From Trypanosoma brucei (taxonomy: Eukaryota), in NCBI GenBank assembly GCA_000002445.1, contig CP000071.1, forward strand, positions 288,001 through 352,000: 64,000 nt of DNA. Direction: 5' to 3'. This document shows, piece after piece, positions 10,944 through 21,338 of the stretch (positions within the stretch are counted from its first letter, which is position 1; every line of letters begins with the position of its first letter). Below the pieces are notes generated by a model. The model did no database searches. It was not told the DNA's origin and saw only the letters and a program-made list of their open reading frames with translations. The position numbers and the translations under genes are program-made.

Positions 10944-11327
10944 CTCTCTCTTGGATGTGGAAATCTTGGAATGATGTTTCGTCTACAAAATGGTAAGGAA
11001 AGATAGCAACAAAAGTTGATACTATGCATGAAATGACACGGAGAAAAGGAGACCAACTGGAAGCCATAATTAGTCACTTATGCACAAGGCACAACATCTT
11101 TACGGAAAACACAACTAAAGTCGTTGACATACATGGACTACACAACACAGAAGCAGTGATGTATATGACAGTATGCCTCAGTCACACTTCCATATGTGCA
11201 TGCACGCTCATAAGCATTGCCAACTTTCTTGTTGTTCGTATCTTATCCATTCATAAAACATCCCCAACAGAGTGGCATCCATTGACAGCATGCGGTAATA
11301 AGTGCCTCCAGCAGCTGTCAGACAAGA

Positions 11328-14300
11328 TTAGTTGTGCGACGAATCACATGAGAGAGAAACATTGCTTTCCTCATCGTGATTGGGATACGCCTGCGCTTCG
11401 TCGACGGATGCCGCATGCGGATTATGAAAAGGTGGTGTGTCGTATACAGGCAGCACAGTGACTCCTTCACCGTCAACATGGGTGTGCCCGCTGTAATTTA
11501 TAGTGTCTCTGCCACGAGTCGCAGTTGAGTTGAAGGGAAGCACAACGGCTTGGGGTAGTGGTAGAGGAATCGAGCGCATGGCCTGCTGCAAACGGACATA
11601 ATCACTAAACTCGGCATCAACTATCGCCTGCCACTCCTCTTCCTCCCAGTTCACGAGCCGCATACGCCGCCCAGCCTCGCTTTCAAGCATAAACGTCGAC
11701 TCCTCGTAGAAGTGCTGTGTAGTGGTGTAACTCATCATGTCATAACTCGTGAGCCGCGACGTATCATGAACGTCCGTCGACATCTCTGACATGGTATCAT
11801 GAACGGAAACCTCGATTTCCTCACGTGTTTGCGATTGCAAGCGCCGACGCTGTGAGGCACGCCTCATATAAATGGCATTCAGCAGGTCCGGGTGATCTGC
11901 CGGTACAGTCACAGGTATTGGATTGACATTCACACCCCTGCCAGTCGGACCCTCATACATGCTGAATTCTCCACTGTAGTCAAATTGTAGTTCCAGTTCC
12001 TTTGCATCCACGCGGATACGCTCAATACCGTCTGTAAAGACAAGCGCCATGTTGTAGCGGTCCCTCGCCTCCTGTAATGCGATCTGATCACGATCATCAC
12101 ACTCTTGCTCCTCGACAGAAGTCCAGTCCGCCCTCCCAGGAAAGTCACCGCCCCACGCAAAGTCGTCAACACCCGATGTCATGCCATCGATCATCGTCCT
12201 CGCGGTGGTATTGGTATTGGGGGAACCATCACCAGAGTAGAACCCCAGAAGCAGTGGGTTGTTACCGCTTTCCAAATATTCGGGGTCGGGAGATGTTCCA
12301 CTGATACAAGACATGTCGAGATTGTCCAGCTGCATCTTATCTGCAACGACAAGTTGTCGCTCCTCCTTCTCCTTAGAGCAGCATCGTCGCAAAAAGCACA
12401 CGGCAAGCAACAACAGCAGCAGAAACAGCAACACAGCTGCCACAATAATGGCAATCACCGCCCCCATTCCCAATGGACCCCAAGCAGACCCACCACATAT
12501 ATCCCCACTTGCCTTCACATTACCCAAAGTAACGCAGTAGGTATTGTCTGTGAGGTCCCATGCGCAAACACTGAACTCCGTGCCCGCGGGGTAGTCTCTA
12601 ATTTTGTTGTGGTTCATCCTCAACTTACACTTGCCATCTGAGCCCTCACTGGCTTCCCCGACGGTGACGCCCTTGTCAGTGGGGTTGCAGCAGTCACCCT
12701 TGATCACACGCACAACCGTCTGGCGGTGGGAAGAGTCCGGTGCACGGCACGACTCGAGTGGTGTCACCTTACAAGGTTCCACTATCGAAGGAAATACACT
12801 GACGGGTGGAATGAAGCGGAGGCTAGAGCTCAAAGGGACACTGACGACTGAACGGTTGACAGGAGTGGTAGCGCAGAAATATATCGAGTCCGTACCATTT
12901 TGCGCGGTAACAGAAACACGGCGGGCGCTTGCCGCGTCATCATCACCCACCAGTGCCCAACTTCCATGTGATTCATTTCGACGCAGGCAACTTCTGTCTG
13001 TGCTAAAACCGGGAAGCAAGCTCTCAGCATACAGGTCGTCCATCAAGTACAGAACGCCAGGAACACCAAGAAGGACGTCTCTCCCACGAATATTGTAATA
13101 CGTAGGGTCAAATGTCTCAATCTGCGCAATCGGGAGGAGCTGCTTTGCCGAAGCAACACGTGCTGCTATCCCATTAGCGCTTATTTTCACAATTTTGGGA
13201 CGCGTCGCACTGCCGTCAAAAACCTCCTGGCAGAGCGTCCACACACCCGCGGATGGTAACCCGGCCGCATTCACGTTCTTGAACGATATATTACCACGCG
13301 CCTCCTCGTCAGTCGTAAAGAATGGCACCACGTCCTCACCACCACAGGAAGCATCTCGCCGCAGACGAAATGCTGAGTTTGGCGACAGAGGAATGTACAC
13401 CTCTGCCTCCGTCCCCAGAACAAATGACGACGGAAAGATGATATCAGTAGAAACCTCCACTTCCGATACAACACTGAGGTTCCCGGCGGGGGTCCCAACG
13501 CACAACGACACGGAAGGCAACCTCCCTGGAATGAAGGTCGGACCCAGTACAACGCTGCCGCTCGGCCGCACGTAACCCACAGAGTTCCCCGTCAGAGTGG
13601 TTGCGCACGCATTTTCGGAGAGATATACGCCACGAAAGTCGGAGTTGTGTAGATACGCAAGTGGGTTCTCTGCGTCTTCCCCGGGCACTAACGAGTACAA
13701 TGGCTTTGCTCCAGAGACCACAGGTGTCTGCAGTTTTGCGTGAAACCGAGCAGTGGGAACCGCCGCAGGATCGATCTTCTTCACGATGGGCGGAGTTATG
13801 ATGAGAACCTCCGCTACTGGTATTGGAGGCGAGGTGGGTTGTTCCCCCAATACACATACACATTTCACGCCTGAGATACCTATTAGCGTAACCGCCTCCT
13901 CAACTGGGGTCTCTGCAAGACCGGGGGCCGCCACAATCTTCTCGCCACACACCGCGCAATCGCTTAGGTACGTGTCCGGTGTTCGGGTAGCGTAGTTCAT
14001 CACTAAGTTCGCAGGCCCTAGCACCTCGCTGTCGCTATCCACACGTCCATGAATGCTAGGGTTCACAACACGGAAGTTTTCCACTGAAAGCGTCGGGCCA
14101 TCTGTTGTGAAGACATACCCAGGATCCCTTATTGTGTGTGTACACACATAAAACGTAAGATTCCGATTGTACCGTGGCGTCATTGTGGCTCTGCTCTGAC
14201 TAAGTACTCCATTGCAGTCACTCCTTGTGGAAAGAAAGGGACTGGTAAGGATCGCCTTGTCAATGCCATAGTCGGTTACTTGTTTCGCTGGAAGCGCCGT

Positions 14301-17300
14301 CACCGGCCGTACCGCAGGCTGCTTTCCACCGGGGCATTCATCTAAGTGAATCAGTTGCATAGTCCCACGCATAACATACCCACCGCTTTCCCCACGCTCA
14401 CAATAGTACACATCTGTCAGATCACGGTTCCGGTATTTGCACTTATCCACATGCAGCGTTGACATAGAGTTGGCTATGACCGTGTCGTACTCACTCAAGA
14501 TACTGTCAGTACACGCTTCTAAGGTGGAGATCCTCACCCTCCCACTTTGAATGCCACTGGACTCCACGGTCACACTGCGACCTGCAATAATCGTCGCAGG
14601 AGTCATGTAGTGAAAAATATTGAAAGTAGATGCAGGCAACTTATCATACGCAGAAATACCGACACACACCCTGGCACCCTTCGCCACAGCTGGCGTCTTC
14701 ACAATGGTAACATCCTTACTGTGTTCGCCGGAAGCAAAGGGAAAACTGTCATACGAAGCATTCGCCTCTGTGCAGTTAAGCTCTGGGGGGACAATGTAAA
14801 CGGTGAGATTCGACGCCCCTATATGCAAGCTACCCCCATCAAGGGTCAAGCGAAGAGGTGTGTGCTTCCGTACGAGTGACACATTAAAGGACGCCGTAAA
14901 CGGGTTAATCACCTTAAGGGGCTTCTGACCAACAGCAACTCCCAAACGCCGCTCATCCTGCTGACACAATGCATATTCGCCTAGTAGAACATCCTCCAAG
15001 GGAGTAGTTGGCCCAGTGTAGTAGCGCTCAGTCGCCTCCTCACAAATCCTTGCATTCAGTGGGACTTTGCAGGAAGCGGCGTTGACACAGCGCACGAGGA
15101 ACAAAGATGCCTTCTTAAGCAGCGGTCTTGCCACAAAATTATTCGTTGACCTACGGACAGCGTACAGAGAATCCACAGCAAAATCCTCAGCACTTACCTT
15201 CCCTCCGTACAAGTAATACGATTCATTGGTATCACCCCACCCCACGCAAACATGCAGTTCGCCAGCCTTCTGAACCACAAAAGGTTCTGCACTCCCACTT
15301 ATGGGGTCAACCCAACCCTCACCGTACACCCTAATGCCACCACCGGGGGCACTTTGGCACGACTCAATGCTCTCGCTCACAAGAAAGCGTGTTGGCTGCA
15401 GCGCAGTCAGCGCCTCTCCTCGAAACCTCATGCTGAGGGGAAGACCAACAACGCCAATAGGTGAATCCGGCACAAGCTCTAGCTGCTGCTGTGACTGAAT
15501 TAAACCTACATCTTCGTATCCATTCCCCTTCCACAGGCATACCTTCCATTTCTTCATACCAACAGCTGTGTAGACCACATACGCCGGACCCACTTCAGTA
15601 ATTCTAATAGCAACGGCAGTACCATCATCCACAATTTCGCCACAGTTCACATCACTCGTTTCCTTAAAAAGCACCTTCAGACCTTTGAGGGAGGTCTTAT
15701 CAGGTACAATAAAATTGACTCGATTGCTTACGCCAACGAACACGGTCCTGGGGAATACCTCCACATCGGAAACAGCTAACATACCCGATACCCTCACTTT
15801 CCAGGCACCCCCATCACTGTCATGGTAACCAACACATACGTACACCTTGCCAACTGTGTTGCGCATCACCGTCACGGACGCCTCCCCTTCAGCCGTTGCA
15901 TTTACCTCAGAAATGGATGGTGTGCAGCTCTCACTTTCACTGAACACTATGGGCGCCTCAGGCGGTACGGCGGACACCTTGACGGGTGTACTGACACCTT
16001 TTACAATGGAAGCCGGCGACAACTCCGCAGGACCGTATACCATGACATTCCCAACGTTCGAATAGGGGCGATTCACAGGATGTTCCGTGCCCGGTGTCTT
16101 CACACACAGCACATGTCTACCCGCAGTAGAAAACGCAACGCCGTACAGGGCAGTTGCATTCATGGAGTATGTCTCCCCGACTGGTGTAAGGCAATTATCC
16201 AGGGAGAAATACCCGGTTGTTCCTGCCTTGAGAGTCACGTTGGCATCAAGATGAATCGTCTCAGCCACACCCACGAAAAGGGTCCGGTGTTTCAGTTTGT
16301 ATCGCCGCGTCGCAATATTCTTCACAGGGTAGGTATATCCCTCGTCAGGTTCCTCGTCCGCTTGTAGGTCGACAGATGAGGGAGTCGCGACACACAAAGT
16401 CATGTTCGGGAGTGCGTCCTCAGGAACTCGAAACGTGACAGAACTTGCGCCAACTCTCACATCACCTTTTGAGTTGAGTTCCTCACACTCCGGGGTTACC
16501 GATAAACCAACCGTTATCACACCACTCCGCCCCGCATTGTGGCCGCTCAACAAAACCGTCAAATCAAGTCCACTGATCACGTTGGCTTCATCAAATGATA
16601 CCGTCGGTGGCGGCAGAACTGTCACAACAGCCGCACGCGCCTTGGGGTATGCAGTCGTGCTCCCCTCAAGACACGCGTAGTACGTACCTGAAACAGGTAA
16701 GGCAACTGCACCCCCATCCGAACGCGAGCGACGCTTCTTTACTGGGGGGCCCCGATATTGGATTCCTGATGGACCATCCACACGCACAGCCCCTGTACAG
16801 TTGGAATACATGTAGAAATCAAGCACCAACTTCACATCGTTAGCAGCTGCAGTCGCTGCATCCATTGTATACTTAATGCGAGTCCCGTACCCACTGTATA
16901 GGGTCCGTGGCTGAACGCCGTACTCCCGAACAGTTACCTTGTTCTCAGATGGTGAATATAACCTGCCACCCTTGTGGTAGGGCCAACCATTACACAGAAA
17001 ATAGTCACCTTTAGGCACAGAAACCTCCATATTAACAACCTGCAACGTTTCCCCACCCACGGGGTCCTGAAGGATCGGATCACATATGGGTGACTGAGAA
17101 AAAGTTGCCCACACGAGGTTGCCTACAGCCTCCAAGCGAAATGTTTCGTTCGTGTGCCGAAGTGCATCAGTGTTGTTCGTGTCATAACGTGGCACAGCAA
17201 GTAACACAGAGGCAGGAACGACGAAAGTTTTGCCATCACTCGTGGGTACCTTAGCACAAAGATAAATTACGCTTTGGACACTCCGTGTCACTCTCACCTC

Positions 17301-17921
17301 CCGGTTAGAACCCAGTTCGGCAGGTGGCAGACCTTGAATCATGCTCACGTCGTCACAGTTTTCATTGCGGTGAAATGTAATGAAGGTTCCAACAGGCACT
17401 GCGTCGCCGAATCGAATAGTGTTGTCAACATCACGTTTCAAATAGCGTGGTATGGCTTCAACAAGGCTCAGCTGCACAGACAAAGAAAGGGAGGGAAACG
17501 CATCACCAGCACATATATACACTTCACGTACTTTCGTATCGTACCACGGGTCAATGCCCACATCATTGCTCGTAACCGTGAAATTACATGGCGCATTCTT
17601 GGATATTTTGCACTTGGAGCCAATGATCTGTGTATTGTCACATGTACTCATACGCGAAACGAAAATATCTGCTTTGATACTCTGGTCCGTCGTTTCCACA
17701 CTGAACGGTACGTTCACCAGCGGTTTGTTAGGTCGTAACACAAGTGATGCAGCTCCACTGCTGCATAAAAACGTTGACGACACGATGCACAGAACTGAAG
17801 CCCAAAAAGTAAAGGGCACCTTACAGCAATGTCGGTAACGTGGAGATAGAGAGGAAGCATGGCTGGTACCTGTGCCACAGTGGGTTGAGTCCCTTCTTAG
17901 AAACATTTGCATAAATACCAA
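11328..17921 (-). CDS. Gene A copy 2: a 2197-aa type I transmembrane modular surface protein. It differs from copy 1 by one residue (SPLCDPIL versus SPICDPIL).
   Basis: The ORF is identical in length and frame to 901..7494 at an offset of 10427. Confidence 0.85.
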   Translation of the reverse strand: MVFMQMFLRRDSTHCGTGTSHASSLSPRYRHCCKVPFTFWASVLCIVSSTFLCSSGAASLVLRPNKPLVNVPFSVETTDQSIKADIFVSRMSTCDNTQIIGSKCKISKNAPCNFTVTSNDVGIDPWYDTKVREVYICAGDAFPSLSLSVQLSLVEAIPRYLKRDVDNTIRFGDAVPVGTFITFHRNENCDDVSMIQGLPPAELGSNREVRVTRSVQSVIYLCAKVPTSDGKTFVVPASVLLAVPRYDTNNTDALRHTNETFRLEAVGNLVWATFSQSPICDPILQDPVGGETLQVVNMEVSVPKGDYFLCNGWPYHKGGRLYSPSENKVTVREYGVQPRTLYSGYGTRIKYTMDAATAAANDVKLVLDFYMYSNCTGAVRVDGPSGIQYRGPPVKKRRSRSDGGAVALPVSGTYYACLEGSTTAYPKARAAVVTVLPPPTVSFDEANVISGLDLTVLLSGHNAGRSGVITVGLSVTPECEELNSKGDVRVGASSVTFRVPEDALPNMTLCVATPSSVDLQADEEPDEGYTYPVKNIATRRYKLKHRTLFVGVAETIHLDANVTLKAGTTGYFSLDNCLTPVGETYSMNATALYGVAFSTAGRHVLCVKTPGTEHPVNRPYSNVGNVMVYGPAELSPASIVKGVSTPVKVSAVPPEAPIVFSESESCTPSISEVNATAEGEASVTVMRNTVGKVYVCVGYHDSDGGAWKVRVSGMLAVSDVEVFPRTVFVGVSNRVNFIVPDKTSLKGLKVLFKETSDVNCGEIVDDGTAVAIRITEVGPAYVVYTAVGMKKWKVCLWKGNGYEDVGLIQSQQQLELVPDSPIGVVGLPLSMRFRGEALTALQPTRFLVSESIESCQSAPGGGIRVYGEGWVDPISGSAEPFVVQKAGELHVCVGWGDTNESYYLYGGKVSAEDFAVDSLYAVRRSTNNFVARPLLKKASLFLVRCVNAASCKVPLNARICEEATERYYTGPTTPLEDVLLGEYALCQQDERRLGVAVGQKPLKVINPFTASFNVSLVRKHTPLRLTLDGGSLHIGASNLTVYIVPPELNCTEANASYDSFPFASGEHSKDVTIVKTPAVAKGARVCVGISAYDKLPASTFNIFHYMTPATIIAGRSVTVESSGIQSGRVRISTLEACTDSILSEYDTVIANSMSTLHVDKCKYRNRDLTDVYYCERGESGGYVMRGTMQLIHLDECPGGKQPAVRPVTALPAKQVTDYGIDKAILTSPFLSTRSDCNGVLSQSRATMTPRYNRNLTFYVCTHTIRDPGYVFTTDGPTLSVENFRVVNPSIHGRVDSDSEVLGPANLVMNYATRTPDTYLSDCAVCGEKIVAAPGLAETPVEEAVTLIGISGVKCVCVLGEQPTSPPIPVAEVLIITPPIVKKIDPAAVPTARFHAKLQTPVVSGAKPLYSLVPGEDAENPLAYLHNSDFRGVYLSENACATTLTGNSVGYVRPSGSVVLGPTFIPGRLPSVSLCVGTPAGNLSVVSEVEVSTDIIFPSSFVLGTEAEVYIPLSPNSAFRLRRDASCGGEDVVPFFTTDEEARGNISFKNVNAAGLPSAGVWTLCQEVFDGSATRPKIVKISANGIAARVASAKQLLPIAQIETFDPTYYNIRGRDVLLGVPGVLYLMDDLYAESLLPGFSTDRSCLRRNESHGSWALVGDDDAASARRVSVTAQNGTDSIYFCATTPVNRSVVSVPLSSSLRFIPPVSVFPSIVEPCKVTPLESCRAPDSSHRQTVVRVIKGDCCNPTDKGVTVGEASEGSDGKCKLRMNHNKIRDYPAGTEFSVCAWDLTDNTYCVTLGNVKASGDICGGSAWGPLGMGAVIAIIVAAVLLFLLLLLLAVCFLRRCCSKEKEERQLVVADKMQLDNLDMSCISGTSPDPEYLESGNNPLLLGFYSGDGSPNTNTTARTMIDGMTSGVDDFAWGGDFPGRADWTSVEEQECDDRDQIALQEARDRYNMALVFTDGIERIRVDAKELELQFDYSGEFSMYEGPTGRGVNVNPIPVTVPADHPDLLNAIYMRRASQRRRLQSQTREEIEVSVHDTMSEMSTDVHDTSRLTSYDMMSYTTTQHFYEESTFMLESEAGRRMRLVNWEEEEWQAIVDAEFSDYVRLQQAMRSIPLPLPQAVVLPFNSTATRGRDTINYSGHTHVDGEGVTVLPVYDTPPFHNPHAASVDEAQAYPNHDEESNVSLSCDSSHN

Positions 17922-19949
17922 ACGCTACAACAACCTTCTCAGTACTCGCTTATTCCCTTTCTCTCAACGTGTATGCCTTTATGCTCTTGCAGAAAACTAT
18001 TTACGGTGTGCGTATTCGCCAACCCGCGTAAACCTAAGACGATTGTGCACAGACTCCTCTGTCTCTGTCTCTCACACTAGTTCCTTACCACGCGACCCGT
18101 TTAAGAGGGAAGTGGCTAAACTATGTAAGGTGCTTATGGAATTACTACGGTACTGACCTTCACTTATCTTCGTGTACTCCGTTTAACTTTCAATTGCCCC
18201 TCCGCAGTGATGAACTCTTTTGTTTGATTTCTTCTATGGTTGCTTCTATCCTCAGTTACTATGAAGATACAGCTGTATCTATTACCTCCGTTACTCGACA
18301 AAAATGTTTCCCCGGTGAAAAAGGGATGTGCCTCTATGGATATACAAATGTATGAGTCCACAAATGTATGGATATGCAGGTGTAGAAAATATGCGACCCT
18401 ACACGTACAGCTTTTCTATGTAACGTCCTGTTGAAATGGTCCTCGTTTACTCTTATTTGTGCTTTCTCGTATCGTTGTCGATCTCCTTCCCGTTCCACAA
18501 CAGACTTTTCTCGCAATATCGCTCGCCTGTGTATCGGTAAATCAATTCACAAAACACCTTTATGGTAGGAACGGTATATCAAACTGATGAATATTTAGTG
18601 TGCGAAGCTTGAGGCTACGCTACTGATCAATGCGGACAACACGTCGGGCAGAAAACTACAGAAACTAAAACAAAAGGGCTAAAAATGCGGTAAAAAAATC
18701 TATAAACCTATGTAAATGATGGTAGCGATATATTGTCAGAGCTGCTTCGCGAAACAGAAATGGCAACTGAATGGCTAACTAAAAAAAACAAAAAAGATCT
18801 AGCAGTAATATCGCGCTGCTTCTGCACAACGTCTAAAGTGTGATGCACGGAAAGGAAGTAGTTTTTCAAGAGAAGTGCACACAAAATGGTAAGCACATGG
18901 GTGAGGAATGCGCTCCATAGACATCAATGAATAAACCCCGCGCACACAAGCAAGTGAAACGACATATCAAAAGAAGTTACAATGCAACACTTAAAGAGTA
19001 CAACATGTGCTGGTGAAGTAAAAAAAACCCACACATTCACTTTTTAAAAATGGTCAAAAGATATAATGCCCCTGAATTTATTAAGAAGAGGTGGGCATCA
19101 GGGTAGCACAGGCGGATACAACTCCAGGCCAAGAGGGCAACAAAGACATATGAACTGCAAGTGCAAACAATTACTATAATGTTTTACATTTAGCAACCGA
19201 CACACTATAAATGACCACAAGGGACTTTAACATGTCCCCGATAGATCCACCCACAATCGCTAAACGAAGTAATTCAAGCGAGCACATAAACTCACGGCAA
19301 CATTCCAAGCGTAGCAAACACAATGTAGTGGAGAGCAGACGTACAGCACCTGGAAGGCGCCATCTCAAACTCGGTACTCACTAATACATACCACACAGCT
19401 GCACAGTTCAGTCATATAATGAACATTAAACGGTTATATATATAATAACTGCTACAATAAGGAAAAAAAGGGAGGGGGGAAAGGGAAGCAATTATGAAGT
19501 CAAGACTAAATTAATACTTTACATACACAGCGGAGAATTGCACAATCTGTAAAGCGCTCACACATGTAAGTATACACAAGAAGGAGTAAACACTAAAATG
19601 AAAACACGGATGAAAATAATGAAGAAACGCTAACGCACCTGCTCACCAACACAACATAGCAGTCTACATTGCTGTATATGTGATGTGCATAAAATGTCGA
19701 GAAACTAGGAACAAACACTAAATAAAGGTACCAGAATAGCCATGCCGATACTTTAAAAGAAAAAAAGAATTTATAAAAAAATATATTAGGATCATGATTA
19801 GCATATAAAAGTGAAAACGCTATTGAAAACAATGGCAACGATAAAACCATAACGAGAAGCCTTAAGTAACACCCAACAATGACACGTTTGCGTGTATGTA
19901 ATCCCTCACGCTAATCCTTGGCTGCTACACCGAAACGGTACTACTTGGA

Positions 19950-21338
19950 CTACAAAAGACCAGTTCCTAGCAAACACACCAGAAAAGACGCAAATGCTAT
20001 GGGTGTAGTAGTAGGAGAGTAGTCGGTCTCTCGGTTTAATTTTAATTCGGCAGCTTGAGCGTACTGCATCGCGGCATTGAGTTGTTTGTATTCCCTGTGG
20101 AGAATAGTAAGACTTTCGATCAATTTCGCCGTATCTTTTTTTAGTCTTTTGGAAGATTGGGCGGGAATGCTGTGGAAAAGCCCATTTTTTGTGTCCTCCA
20201 GAGATTTAGGTGTTACAACCTCGGCCGTCTCTCTGCATGCCTCAGCAGCCTTCCTTGTTGCTTGTGAGGCGGCGTATTGAGAAATCGACAAGAGTGTTTT
20301 TTCAAGGGAACCTGCATATGCGGCTGCAACAGATTTCATATAAACCGAGTGACCTGTTAAAGCTCGATACGCTTTTTCCGCCGCCTCGGCAGCTTCCGCA
20401 ATTTCATTAACAGTCTCCCTCACCCGCTGCGACAAGAGCTTGCCTTTGCCATCCTCATTTGCCTCTTCCGCGAGCTGAACAACATTATCACTCCTTATTT
20501 TAGCATCAGCAGCCTTTTGGGCCATGGTCTTGGAAATTTCTTCAATGTTGCTGACAAAAATGGGTAGTGCCCTGTACTGTTCAGCGGCAATACACAATGC
20601 TTGTGTCTGTTGTAGTGTGAGATTGTACCTCTTTCCGTATGCAGACACAGCTTTTGTAACAGCTTCCCGAACCCTAAACTCAGTATATTCCGCATTTATT
20701 TTTATTTCGACAAGGGATTGGGCTGCGCCCTCGAGTTTGTGGAGTTTGTTGGAAGCGTCGCGGGTAGCTTCCTTCAACCTCTTAATCGACTTCGCAGGGA
20801 AATATTGCAACATATCGTCCAGCGCATGTATTAGAGATTCAACGGTCACATTTTTAGTGGTTTTGTTGCATGATTTTGCAACCCCTTTCACCTCTACAGT
20901 TCCTCCTTCGTTCCCTAACTTCTTCAATGCACCCTCAAGCGAGGGTACGTAGGCGCTACTGATGGTTCCAAGAACTCCGGCATCAACATCAGATTCCAAA
21001 ATCACAATTTCCGCTTTTTTAACGGCCTCAGTAACGTTGGCAGCAAGAACTCTGGCTCGTTTTTCTAGAGCCTTAGCCTTTGTGGTCGCCTGAGCGGGCT
21101 CTTTAACACGCCTCAACTGTTCATCACTCCGAGTCTTGGCATTCGATATCTTCAATGATTCGGTAGTTATCCAATATTTTAGGTCACGGACGGCATCTTT
21201 CAGTCCCCTGAACTGCTTCAGAGCATTACACAATGTAACAGTTTGCTCAAGTGTAAGATTATTGTTCTTACCAACAGCAAATGGCATGCACAGGAGTACA
21301 ACTGCTGTGAAACAGGTGAATCGCGTCATTTGGCTCAA
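19950..21338 (-). CDS. Gene B copy 2: a 462-aa paralogue of B1. The first 73 residues and last 3 residues plus the stop are identical, but the central ~385 codons are different. They are homologous but strongly diverged, and 11 codons shorter. It has a predicted GPI signal …TTTPIAFASFLVCLLGTGLL.
   Basis: The DNA is identical to B1 from the ATG (21338) down to 21120, then diverges over 19963..21119, then is identical again from 19962 through the stop and 3' flank. Internal two-half repeat is preserved (KRYNLTLQQTQALCIAAEQYRAL; SLIHALDDMLQYFPAKSIKRLKEATRD versus SLEDTKNGLFHSIPAQSSKRLKKDTAK). Confidence 0.8.
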   Translation of the reverse strand: MSQMTRFTCFTAVVLLCMPFAVGKNNNLTLEQTVTLCNALKQFRGLKDAVRDLKYWITTESLKISNAKTRSDEQLRRVKEPAQATTKAKALEKRARVLAANVTEAVKKAEIVILESDVDAGVLGTISSAYVPSLEGALKKLGNEGGTVEVKGVAKSCNKTTKNVTVESLIHALDDMLQYFPAKSIKRLKEATRDASNKLHKLEGAAQSLVEIKINAEYTEFRVREAVTKAVSAYGKRYNLTLQQTQALCIAAEQYRALPIFVSNIEEISKTMAQKAADAKIRSDNVVQLAEEANEDGKGKLLSQRVRETVNEIAEAAEAAEKAYRALTGHSVYMKSVAAAYAGSLEKTLLSISQYAASQATRKAAEACRETAEVVTPKSLEDTKNGLFHSIPAQSSKRLKKDTAKLIESLTILHREYKQLNAAMQYAQAAELKLNRETDYSPTTTPIAFASFLVCLLGTGLL

